In this document: positions 1 to 16,196 of the stretch, in pieces
Layout of the letters: each line of letters begins with the position of its first letter
How positions within the stretch are numbered: the stretch's first letter is position 1
From: Escherichia coli
GTDB lineage: Bacteria; Pseudomonadota; Gammaproteobacteria; Enterobacterales; Enterobacteriaceae
Direction: 5' to 3' (one strand)
Assembly: GCF_037565025.1 (NCBI RefSeq)
Contig: NZ_CP148423.1
DNA length: 32,000 bases
Notes under the pieces: model-generated
The model's database searches: none
What the model was told of the DNA's origin: nothing
What the model saw: only the letters and a program-made list of their open reading frames with translations
Translations under genes and position numbers: made by a program

Positions 1-3000
1 ATCATTACAATGTCCAATGAGTTAGGCAACAATAGATTAAAACACTCACAGTTAGAAAGCCTAGAATTGAAGGACCCTGTACTAACTGAAGGAATATTAT
101 ACCAGCATCGAATATCATCTATTCTAATAACAACAGAATATCACTCACTCGCGTTACAACAAGTATCTTCTTTTTGGAGAGTAACCAATCCTAATTTTGG
201 GCATTGTGACTTCCATTCCTTAGCACAGGCTTTAACGTTTATAAAAAATATAACGAGCAATGGTAAATTTTCATCTTTATATGGAAGTGGTATTGTTAAA
301 ATTCACTTTAGTGAGTCTCCTAATAATTGGAAGTATATTAAACTCCCTCTTATCCAGAACGAATCTTTGTCAAGGGATATATATTTGACAACTCCAGAGA
401 AATTATCCGCAACTGGAGATTCATTAAATATTATGGGACATTTAGTGCCTGTCAGTTTTATTTATGACATTGGAGGGGTCATTAATGGCAACAGAATAAG
501 TGAAAGCACAGCCATAAAAAATAAAATCAAAAGTCTGAAAATAAATGGGGATATTTTACAACATTATATAAACACGCATTATTTGTCAGAGGCGCAAACT
601 CAGAAGATAAAAGATATTGTGGATTTTTTAGGCATTCAGGACAACACAAAAAGAGTTAAGATTGAAAGTGATATTAAACATATAAGTGAAGTTCAACAGC
701 CCCTTCATTCTATTATTTCACGGCAGAAAGAACATGTAAAAAACTTACTATCTGGATTACTTAATGAGTTTTCAAATAAGTTAAGACAGCAAGGCCTTTC
801 ACTTAAAACAAATGTTCTTTCAGTTAATAACTTCAAAGAATCAAAGATAAATAGTGATACTGTGGAAGTTACAGTAACTGATTTGCAAGGGAGACTTTAT
901 AGTGTTGATATAGATACAAGAGTTATTGGCTTAACTTTTAAAGAGGGGATAAATAGTTTATCTGAAGCACTCGAGCACATGAATATAGATGCAATTATGT
1001 CTGTTATTGGCTTGGTTCAATATGCACGAATGATAAAAACAAATGACAATATTAGCGCAATAAATTATGCAGGAGCAGTGTCAGATATTAAAAACATTGT
1101 AGACAAATTTTTAGGCGGAATTTTAACCTTTACTAATAATCGCGTATATAACCCAGGTGGTATATCTGGTGCCTCGCTTGAAGGATTTATATCTTCTGGT
1201 TTAGAAGTGTGCGCGTCAAGAATAGGTGGCACCGCTGGGCGTTATCTTAGCAATGTGGCAAAAGTAATAAAATTACCTTTGCTAGATATAGGCATAAATA
1301 TTTGGTCATTATATGACTCTTCATTAAATCATGCCAGAGCAACCACACAAATTGAATATATATCAACAGCTATAGATGTATCTTTCTCATCTATAAATAC
1401 TGCTTTATCAATAGGCGCAATCGCATATCCTCCTTTGGCAATAGCTATAGTTCCGATAACTATTTTTTCTCATGAAGTAAAAAACTATGCTGTTTATGTG
1501 AATCAAATTAATGAGCGACATAAGTTATGGCTTGAAGCTGAAAAATATCTGGACAATGGAAGCGCAAAGGTTCTAAGCATTAACAAAGATACAGGTATAA
1601 TCGATTTATCAAATAATCAGGTGTTAGGTAATATTTATTTAGATATGAGAGAAAACCCTCCGATATTATATGGTGAAAAATCATATAATAGCGGGAAGAA
1701 TATTGGAAGTCATCCAGATATGACTGACAGAGAAATTATGGAGTCTAGAGCATACAATTTTGCATGTACAAAACTCTCAGATGCAGGTGAACCCGATATT
1801 TTCGGTTGGGGAGATAAGGATGTATGTAATTCAATGGAACTGTCTGAATCTCAATTAGCTAATGGGTATTCTAACCGCCAATGGCCTTCACAAAATCCAG
1901 TTATTCCAGAAGGGATTTATAATACAGTATATCTTGGGTATGGAGAAACATTACGAGCTAATACAGAAGTTACATTGAGTAGCACTGGTTACTTTTACGA
2001 GATTGCAAGGGCATATACTGATGATGAAATATCTGAGCCATTATTAACAGTATGTAACCAACGTAGTAGTGTAATTGGTGGAAAAGAACCATTAACAATA
2101 ATCATTCCTGCTGTTGAACATGGTATGCTTGGCTCTAATCTACATATGATTGAACGTTTTAAAAACTACAATTTTTCAATATCAGGAGGGACGGGCGGGA
2201 TAAAATTAATGGTTGGTGGTATTGGTGATTACAACATAGAATGTACCCCCGGTGTTAGAAATATTATTTCTTTTGAACAATTATCACGTGACTTCAATCT
2301 GGATTTGGATTTATCAGATGAGAGGAAACAAATTTTTAACTTTCATCATCCCTCTGGTTTTTATTCAGGAAAAGTTATGAGCATAACGCAAAAGGGTATA
2401 AATTCGGTTGTTGGTACTAAACTGGGATATGATAAGATTCGTGGTAATAATCTAGATAATACATTTTCCCTTGGAAATGGGGGGGCGTTATATATTCTGG
2501 AGGAGGAAGCAATACATATTTTGTACCTGCTACACTACAGGATAATTTGCATATATATATATCAGAAAAATCAAATGGCAACCATATTATTTTAGGTGAG
2601 ACGCACTCTCGCTTATCTATTGAATGCCACTTCAGTGATGATAAAAGAGAGTTTATAAAGATGGACTTATATAATGGAGGTGATGTGATTTTAGAAAGTG
2701 ACACTTTACAAAAAATAAATACATTTTCAAAAAATATAACAATACAGACAGCGGATGGAGTTATGGCAAACTGGGATGATGAACTAAGTACTCTATCTGT
2801 TTATTCAATAGATATGATTGCCTGGAAGGATAAAAATAAAACTGAAAAAGAGCCTTTACCACTTGATGTAATTCAGTTAACTAATTGGGGGATACATAAT
2901 TCATGCTCTTTATTTTATGATAAATATCAAGTTGACATTGAAGCCAATAAATTAACATATACAATTTTATTTCCTGATACGGAGTTACCTGTTCAACTTA

Positions 3001-5033
3001 ATTATGCTAGTGTTATTTATGGTAATCATGGGGCAAAATATACCTTCCTCGACTCAGGAAGTAAAACTATAACCATTCACATTACTGATGAAAGTAGCGA
3101 TTATGATACTTTTGACTTCCGCAATATTGTTTTTGAACATCACACCAATGACATGTTTATAAGCTTTGATAATCAAGGAGGATTTGTTATATCAATATCA
3201 AATAATACTACAAATGAACTGGCAGACATTAATGTGTTCCGAAAAAACATGACTTCTTTTGATAGCTGTCGTTCATTGATATATTTGCCTGGCGGTGATG
3301 TTTTCTATATTTCAGATATCTATAAAATGTCCATAGGTAGAAAACCGGTTAAATTAAATGTAGAAAAGAAACCGGACATTAACGATATCATCAATGTAGC
3401 TATTTTAGAAACTTCTTATCTGCAAATAAAAAAAATCCCAAATAATGATGATAGCGGTTATGTTTTATGTCTAGACAACCCTAACCTCTCATCTTACATA
3501 TTACACTTTAATGACTTATCTGGATATATATCAAATATATGGGATAATATTAGAGGCGGCTTTACTCCTTTTCATAATAATACTTTAAATATCGCCCCTA
3601 ATGAAAAAAAATTTATTTCCCTAATAGAGCCAGATAAGTTGTCATTCAATATTGATGTTTTTAGAGAAGCATTAGAGGTAAAAAATAAAAATAGTTATAA
3701 GTTAAGTAAATTTACATGGGAAACGTATGGTGATATCGTAGTATCACCTGAAGATAGAATTTCTCATCTGGAATTAGATGGATTTAATTATTTTTCACAA
3801 CCCGAGTTAGATGCTACAATATCAGACTCATTTTCATATCTATATGATAATTTTCAGATTGTTGATGGTGATGTTCATATTAAGCTTCTTCATCTCAACA
3901 GAGAAACAAAGCAAATAATACCACATCGTATTATCCTTCAAAAATACTTTATAGATTCATTTGCTAAAGCAAGTATCTCTGACAGAGAAAATAATATATA
4001 TCCTGTTATTTGTGATTCTCCTGATCACTTCACAAATGATATATATAGGCATCCATTTAGGATAGTTCTCGGGAATAAAATATTGTATCCATCAGAAGAA
4101 CTTGTAAAGTTTATAAGAACCTCAAAGGAATATTTAAGCAATATGGATGTGGTTAATAATGTTATTGTGCCACAAAAAACAATAAAGAAAAACAAATTAT
4201 CTGTCATTAGTTTAAATAGCAACATCAAAAATGATATTGTATTGTCCGGAGTAATGACAGGAACATCAAAGATTTTTCATCTAAATAATTCTGGCGACTT
4301 ATTGTTAACAACCTCAAAAGCTCATGGGGGCGGGATTATAGTTATTTTTAAAGATTTTGTAAATGACTGGTGGAAATATAACCTTACTTTGATAACAGTT
4401 CCTCTTGATAACAAACTGGCAGATAATAGAATAAATATAACACCAATGGGGATAAAGATACATGAAATAGTCAATGGGAATGATAAGTTGTTTTTTTATC
4501 CTACTTTATTAAAAAATGGAGGTTTTATCTTACATAATCCACTTTACTCTAATTCATTTCCTTCTTCATATTCACATGATTTATTTGGTTTGGTTGAAGC
4601 ATATAGAAATCCAGCGTATTCGTATTTACAGAATAGTATTATCAATAGATATATATATACTGTTTCTGAGCATAATGGAAAAGACGGTGTAGCTCAGATG
4701 TCATTACCTATATATGCATACTCAACATGTCGTTTTTGGACAAAAGAAAGTGTAGCTGTTGGAGATATAATAAATTTATCTAATTATGAAAATATTGAGT
4801 TTAGCTTTAATTCTTTTAGTAAAGATGTCTATCGTGAACAAAATAGTGATATATATAAAATATTTTTTAAAATTGCGTCTTTGAATAATTCGGTTGTTGT
4901 GAGCGAAAATATTCGCATTCAAAAAAATTTCTTGGAACACAATACATTTTTCAGTATTACCGGTATAGATGAGTCTCTCTATGAAAAGTATATAATCTTT
5001 ATCACTCTTAAGGCAATTGCCCCCCATAAGTAG
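1..5033 (+). pseudogene. Giant AT-rich toxin-like gene (at least 1,675 codons) split by one frameshift; the 5' end may lie left of the window. Tentative LCT/LifA/Mcf-like delivery architecture.
   Basis: Frame +1 is open from base 1 (no stop upstream of the ATG at 10) to 2595. Frame +3 is open 2460..5033. The second ORF has no ATG start (the track start is TTG 2547) and no SD. A ~170-aa hydrophobic block is encoded at about nt 997-1510, and degenerate Gly-rich nonapeptides lie around nt 2410-2520. G+C is 25-33% in the lines I counted, versus about 50% in the flanks. Confidence 0.75.
2479..2485 (+). repeat. G7 homopolymer, the inferred frameshift point of the giant gene
   Basis: It is the only slippery tract inside the 2460..2595 overlap of the two open frames. 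G8 or G5 would restore one continuous frame (…FSLGNGGGVIYSGGGSNTYFVP…). Confidence 0.7.
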
Positions 5034-5376
5034 CGCTGATTTCCTGTATGCGGAAAAAACGCAATTGAAGAACGCGAGGCATCGTCTTAACGAGGCACCG
5101 AGGCGTCGCATTCTTCAGATGGTTCAACCCTTAAGTTAGCGCTTATGGGTGTATCCCCGCCGAAGCGCTGAGGGCTCCCCATAAATCAGCGCTAATAAAC
5201 CAACACCATATTCTGGTAGGTTTTGGCGAGATGATTAAGAACCGTGCTCAGCACTGTTCGCCCTAAAATTAGCGGGGAGTGTCGTAAGACATTCTCCGCT
5301 AATGTCAGATACGAGATTACCCGCCGTGTTTTAATGCTGTTGGCCTGATATCTCAGATGTAATCCTTTGTTTTCAA

Positions 5377-6585
5377 GTAAGCGGCTCGTCAGAACCGTAT
5401 TGATATTTACTGAGAGCTCAGATCAACTTTCCAGGGCAACAGATCGCGTACCCGGTTTGCCGGCCAGTCCTGGATATGTTCAATGACGTAACGCAGCCAC
5501 TTTTCTGGCTCCACATTGTTCAGACGGCATGTGCCGATCAGCGAGTACAACACCGCCGCATGTTCACCACCGCTGTCGGAACCCGCGAACATCCAGTTTT
5601 TCCGGCCTACGGCCACTCCCCGTAAGGCGTTCTCTGCGATGTTGTTGTCGATTTCCACCCAGCCATTACTGCAGTACACGTTCAGTGCATCCCACTGTTT
5701 CAGCAGGTATGCGAACGCTTTTGCCGTATCTGAGTGACGCGACAGTGTTTTCATCTGTTGCTGTATCCAGTCATACAGTGACTGCATCAGTGGCGCGGCT
5801 CTGGCTTTTCTTGCCGCCAGACGCTGTTCTGCTGAACAGCCCCGGACCTCTGCCTCGATGGCATACAGTTCACCGATACGCTGCAGGGCTTCCGTGGTGA
5901 TGTCGGTGGGCGCTCTTGCATGCACATCGTGGATTTTTCTCCGGGCATGAGCCATACACGCGGCTTCCGTTATTCTGCCGGATTCGTATAACGCCCGGTA
6001 ACCACCGTAAGCATCGGCCTGAAGCACACCGCTGTAACCGGCCAGATGATTTTGTGGATGGATACCTTTCCGGTCCGGTGAGTACGCGAACCAGACCGCC
6101 GGGGGCATCTGTGAACCGGCGTTACGGTCATCACGGACGTAGACCCACAGCCGGGCTGTCCGGGTTTTACCGCTGCCCGGCTCCTGGACCGGGACGGGGA
6201 TATCATCGGCATGGACTTTACCGGGCATCAGCACATACTGGCGCAGGACGTCATACAACGGCTCCAGCAGTTCAGCAACAGCACCTGTCCAGCGCCCCAG
6301 TGTGGCACGGCTCAGCTCCACTCCCTGACGACGGTATATTTCTGACTGGCGGTATAACGGCAGATGGTCTGCATATTTTCCGGTGACAACATGGGCCAGA
6401 AGCCCCGCTCCGGCATAACTGCGTGCAATGGGTTTTGAAGGTACTGGTGCCTGCACGATATGGTCGCACCGGCAACAGGCCAGTTTCGGACGTTGTGTTT
6501 CGATAACCTTAAAGGCGCTGCTGATAAGCTCCAGTTGCTCTGACACATCACATCCCAGAGAACTGAGTTCACCACCACAGGCAGG
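5377..6585 (-). mobile_element. IS66-family element, 3' fragment only (outer end GTAAGCGG at 5377; the other side is cut by IS911)
   Basis: A GTAAGCG-type terminus typical of the IS66 family lies 30 bp beyond the tnpC stop. The element ends abruptly at the IS911 left inverted repeat at 6586. Confidence 0.75.
5407..6585 (-). pseudogene. IS66-family transposase TnpC, N-terminally truncated by the IS911 insertion
   Basis: The translation (…[47 protein letters not shown]…[22 protein letters not shown]…[28 protein letters not shown]…) is typical of IS66 TnpC. About the first 100-130 aa are missing. Confidence 0.88.
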
Positions 6586-6657
6586 TGTAGTGGCACACTG
6601 AATTTGGCCACCTGAACAGAGGTGATATGCTCACCTCAGAACAACACAGGTGCTCCA

Positions 6658-11218
<4,561 letters not shown>

Positions 11219-11344
11219 TATCTGCTCCGTAATTTTTGCGTTATGAAGTCATCGTAAGTCCACAACTAAACTTTGGCAACTGACTGATACATCGGTAAGT
11301 TCCTGAAAGAGAGGAACTCATGAACTTAAGAACAAACCCACCAT

Positions 11345-11372
11345 ATTTAACATAATATACATTATGCGCACT
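11345..11372 (-). other. dif: dif (XerCD chromosome dimer resolution site), 27/28 match; left attachment junction of the prophage array
   Basis: The plus strand reads ATTTAACATAATATACATTATGCGCACt, the reverse complement of GGTGCGCATAATGTATATTATGTTAAAT. The only mismatch is the outermost XerC-arm base, which matches the phage sequence. Confidence 0.9.
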
Positions 11373-11449
11373 GCAATAAAATGCGGTAAAAACAGACTGA
11401 AAGCGACACCGACCGTGTCCTGATCTGATAATCCCACCTCAGACGGCAC

Positions 11450-12703
<1,254 letters not shown>

Positions 12704-12719
12704 TTATGTCTGTTCCGTT

Positions 12720-12790
12720 CTCTTCCGCTTCCTCGTTTATTCGCTCACTACGTTCGGTCATAAACCTGCGGCGAGCGGTATTTGCTCTCT
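12720..12790 (-). promoter_or_regulatory. ColE1/pMB1 pas(ssi)-like segment; candidate complementary-strand (single-strand initiation) origin
   Basis: CTCTTCCGCTTCCTCG and CTGCGGCGAGCGGTAT are each 16/16 identical to the pUC/pBR322 sequence just downstream of oriV. Both are separated by exactly 30 nt, as in the plasmid, and 17/30 of the spacer matches. AAGCGG lies on the gene-sense strand. Confidence 0.55.
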
Positions 12791-12791
12791 C

Positions 12792-14003
<1,212 letters not shown>

Positions 14004-14012
14004 TAACCAACC

Positions 14013-14358
14013 TTATTTAACGAGTGTGACAATATAACGATAAATCTTGTCTTTCATATTAAAAAGAAAAGACGTAAGCTCAGCCATTAATACAATGTTT
14101 GCGCACGATGAAATGTTGCCAGGCAAATAACTGAAACCAGCGGCAATAAACTTATTAGACAAGGCAGAAAACGACACGCTATTAATGATTTCATTTGCAG
14201 TAGCAATAAAGGCAGAGCATAACGCAATTGAAAATATAAGATAAGCAGCACTCCCTGAACAGGAAGACAAAAAGGGAAAAAAGTTTCTTAAGAAAAGGAA
14301 GAAACCTGCGCATTAAAACAAGAATAAATGAGAAAACAAACTGAACAAGAACAGTCAT
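14013..14358 (-). pseudogene. Gene VI homolog (minor coat protein) split over two frames at T-runs
   Basis: A 55-codon ORF (14191..14358; ATG with a GGAG SD 8 nt upstream) encodes MTVLVQFVFSFILVLMRRFLPFLKK…. The +1 frame ORF 14013..14270 (TTG start, no SD) ends …YLPGNISSCANIVLMAELTSFLFNMKDKIYRYI…, resembling Ff pVI …ILPSNALPCFYVILSVKAAIFIFDVKQKIVSYL…. Confidence 0.65.
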
Positions 14359-14360
14359 GA

Positions 14361-15698
14361 TTACAACTCCGAATTACGAAGCAAAGAGCGACGAAAAACA
14401 GAATAAACTCTCAACATGGTAAACAAATAAAGAGCATACTCAAAAATTGGTCTGATATCATAATCATACAATGATGAAAAATCAGTTGTATCAATTGAAA
14501 AAGGCACTTCCCCAATCACCGGAAGAGAAAACGAAAAGTTAACCTCAAGTGGTTGGGCGGAAACAGATGAACCTTGTCCAGAAGAAAAAAATAACTTATC
14601 AAAATCAATAAACAACCACTCCTTAGGCAACTTATCAATAAATACAGATGTCAGGGAATTGTAATCATCCGTTGAATCTTCATTATCCCCCTTGAGAAGA
14701 TCGGTCAGCTGGTTATCAAAAGTATTCAATGAGTTATTTAAATCATCCTGAGAAAGAGAAAAAAAACTATTCAGGTCATTCACTGAAGACCAAATCTTCT
14801 GTAACCAGCCAAGAATATCACCATGCCAGCCATCATTATCACCGGAATTGCTGCCGCCGGATGAGCCACCGGAAGAACCACCGCCGGATGAGCCACCGGA
14901 GGAACCGCCGCCAGATGAGCCACCGGAAGAACCGCCGCCGGATGAGCCACCGGAGGAACCGCCGCCAGATGAGCCACCGGAGGAACCGCCGCCAGATGAG
15001 CCACCGGAAGAACCGCCGCCGGATGAGCCACCGGAAGAACCGCCGCCGGATGAGCCACCGGAGGAACCGCCGCCAGATGAGCCACCGGAGGAACCACCAC
15101 CGGAAGAACCGCCGCCAGTATTACCGTTATCGCCTTTATCTTCTGTATCTTCTTTATCAGAATAAGACGGATCAACAGTTACAGGTTTCCATGTTGCGGA
15201 ACAGTGGGTTGAATCATCAGAACAAGAAATAACGTCACCAGTTGCCTCATAAATGCATCCATGAATGGTGACATATTTATTTCCTTTATCATCCATATAA
15301 ACATCTGACAAATTAGCATTAATCTCAGGACGGGATAAACAAACCTCTTCCGTGGGTTTAGCTGAAAACGAAGCACCTAAAAAACTTCCGTAATAACTGT
15401 CTTTACACTGAGAGTATACCTTAACACCATCTTCATAATGATACGCTTTATAAGTGCTCCAGTTACCTGTCACAAGAGAAGCTGACATTCCAGGTATTTG
15501 AGTACTACTACTATAAGAGGTGGAACAATAAAATGTATCACCAGAGCAGGTTTCATATCCGTATGTACAGTCAACCCCACCCGGAGAAGCGACTGCAAAA
15601 TAAGTACCCGATGTACTGCCAAGATGTTCTGTCGTTGAAGCTGCATATGCAGAATAAAATGAAAAAACAGCAACAAGAAAAATAAATATGTATGCCAA
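14361..15698 (-). CDS. Adsorption/minor coat protein (gene III-like)
   Basis: It has the signal peptide MAYIFIFLVAVFSFYSAYA, Cys-rich N-terminal domains, a long (GGGSSGGSS)n linker and a hydrophobic C-terminal anchor. The start is TTG, preceded by GGGGGTGAG. Confidence 0.8.
   Translation of the reverse strand: MAYIFIFLVAVFSFYSAYAASTTEHLGSTSGTYFAVASPGGVDCTYGYETCSGDTFYCSTSYSSSTQIPGMSASLVTGNWSTYKAYHYEDGVKVYSQCKDSYYGSFLGASFSAKPTEEVCLSRPEINANLSDVYMDDKGNKYVTIHGCIYEATGDVISCSDDSTHCSATWKPVTVDPSYSDKEDTEDKGDNGNTGGGSSGGGSSGGSSGGGSSGGSSGGGSSGGSSGGGSSGGSSGGGSSGGSSGGGSSGGSSGGGSSGGSSGGGSSGGSSGGGSSGGSSGGSNSGDNDGWHGDILGWLQKIWSSVNDLNSFFSLSQDDLNNSLNTFDNQLTDLLKGDNEDSTDDYNSLTSVFIDKLPKEWLFIDFDKLFFSSGQGSSVSAQPLEVNFSFSLPVIGEVPFSIDTTDFSSLYDYDIRPIFEYALYLFTMLRVYSVFRRSLLRNSEL
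14853..15116 (-). repeat. About 9.8 tandem 27-bp units encoding the Gly/Ser linker of pIII
   Basis: The unit GATGAGCCACCGGARGAACCRCCGCCR repeats head to tail, with alternating A/G wobble variants. Confidence 0.9.
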
Positions 15699-15718
15699 AA
15701 CTCACCCCCTGAACAAGC

Positions 15719-15741
15719 AAAAAAAGCGCCCCGAAGGGCGC
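15719..15741 (-). terminator. Rho-independent terminator after the major coat gene
   Basis: The minus strand reads GCGCCC-TTCG-GGGCGC followed by T7, 17 nt after the gene VIII-like stop. This is the same position as the Ff gene VIII terminator. Confidence 0.8.
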
Positions 15742-15757
15742 TGTCATCAAATCATTA

Positions 15758-16018
<261 letters not shown>

Positions 16019-16025
16019 TTAAAGT

Positions 16026-16196
16026 TTAATTGACAACATCGCTGAACATCCGGCAAACCAGCGTAAATATAACGCCAAGGCCAAAACCAAGAAGCCAGCA
16101 GACAATCCAGACATACAGAACGGCCCAGTAAAGCTCCCCGTCCTGTACACCAGAATTTATTGCGGATAAAACACCGCTGAAATCGAATTCAGTCAT
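16026..16196 (-). CDS. Small hydrophobic virion protein (gene IX/VII position)
   Basis: 56 aa, MTEFDFSGVL…WIVCWLLGFGLGVIFTLVC…. Its ATG overlaps the upstream stop (ATGACTGA). Confidence 0.55.
   Translation of the reverse strand: MTEFDFSGVLSAINSGVQDGELYWAVLYVWIVCWLLGFGLGVIFTLVCRMFSDVVN

Noticed and set aside
2417-2704. A 95-aa minus-strand ORF spanning the frameshift region of the giant gene
   Set aside because: It is antisense to two long sense frames and has no RBS. AT-rich antisense ORFs of this size are expected by chance.
5516-6475. Several 67-156 aa ORFs on both strands inside the IS66-family fragment
   Set aside because: They lie antisense or out of frame within a clearly recognisable tnpC reading frame. 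Their Arg/Pro-rich composition is typical of spurious frames in GC-rich DNA.
11219-11344. An ATG with a GGAG SD at 11218, which could mean the 366-aa recombinase-like ORF is a complete gene
   Set aside because: The catalytic HxxR…Y lies within the first 65 residues, with no room for the first catalytic Arg or the DNA-binding domains. An in-frame TAA abuts the ATG. I therefore treat the gene as a 5'-truncated remnant, at moderate confidence.
14853-15116. Regular short repeats that might suggest a CRISPR array
   Set aside because: The units are directly abutting with no spacers, they are 27 bp, and they are in frame within a coding sequence (Gly/Ser linker).
14729-15232. Long alternative-frame ORFs across the pIII linker on both strands (…RRMSHRKNRR…, …PPDEPPEEPP…, …VAHLAAVPPVAH…), and the same set in copy 2
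   Set aside because: They are by-products of a stop-free 27-bp GC-rich repeat. They have no RBS, and they are fully nested in the pIII-like gene, which has a signal peptide, domains and an anchor.
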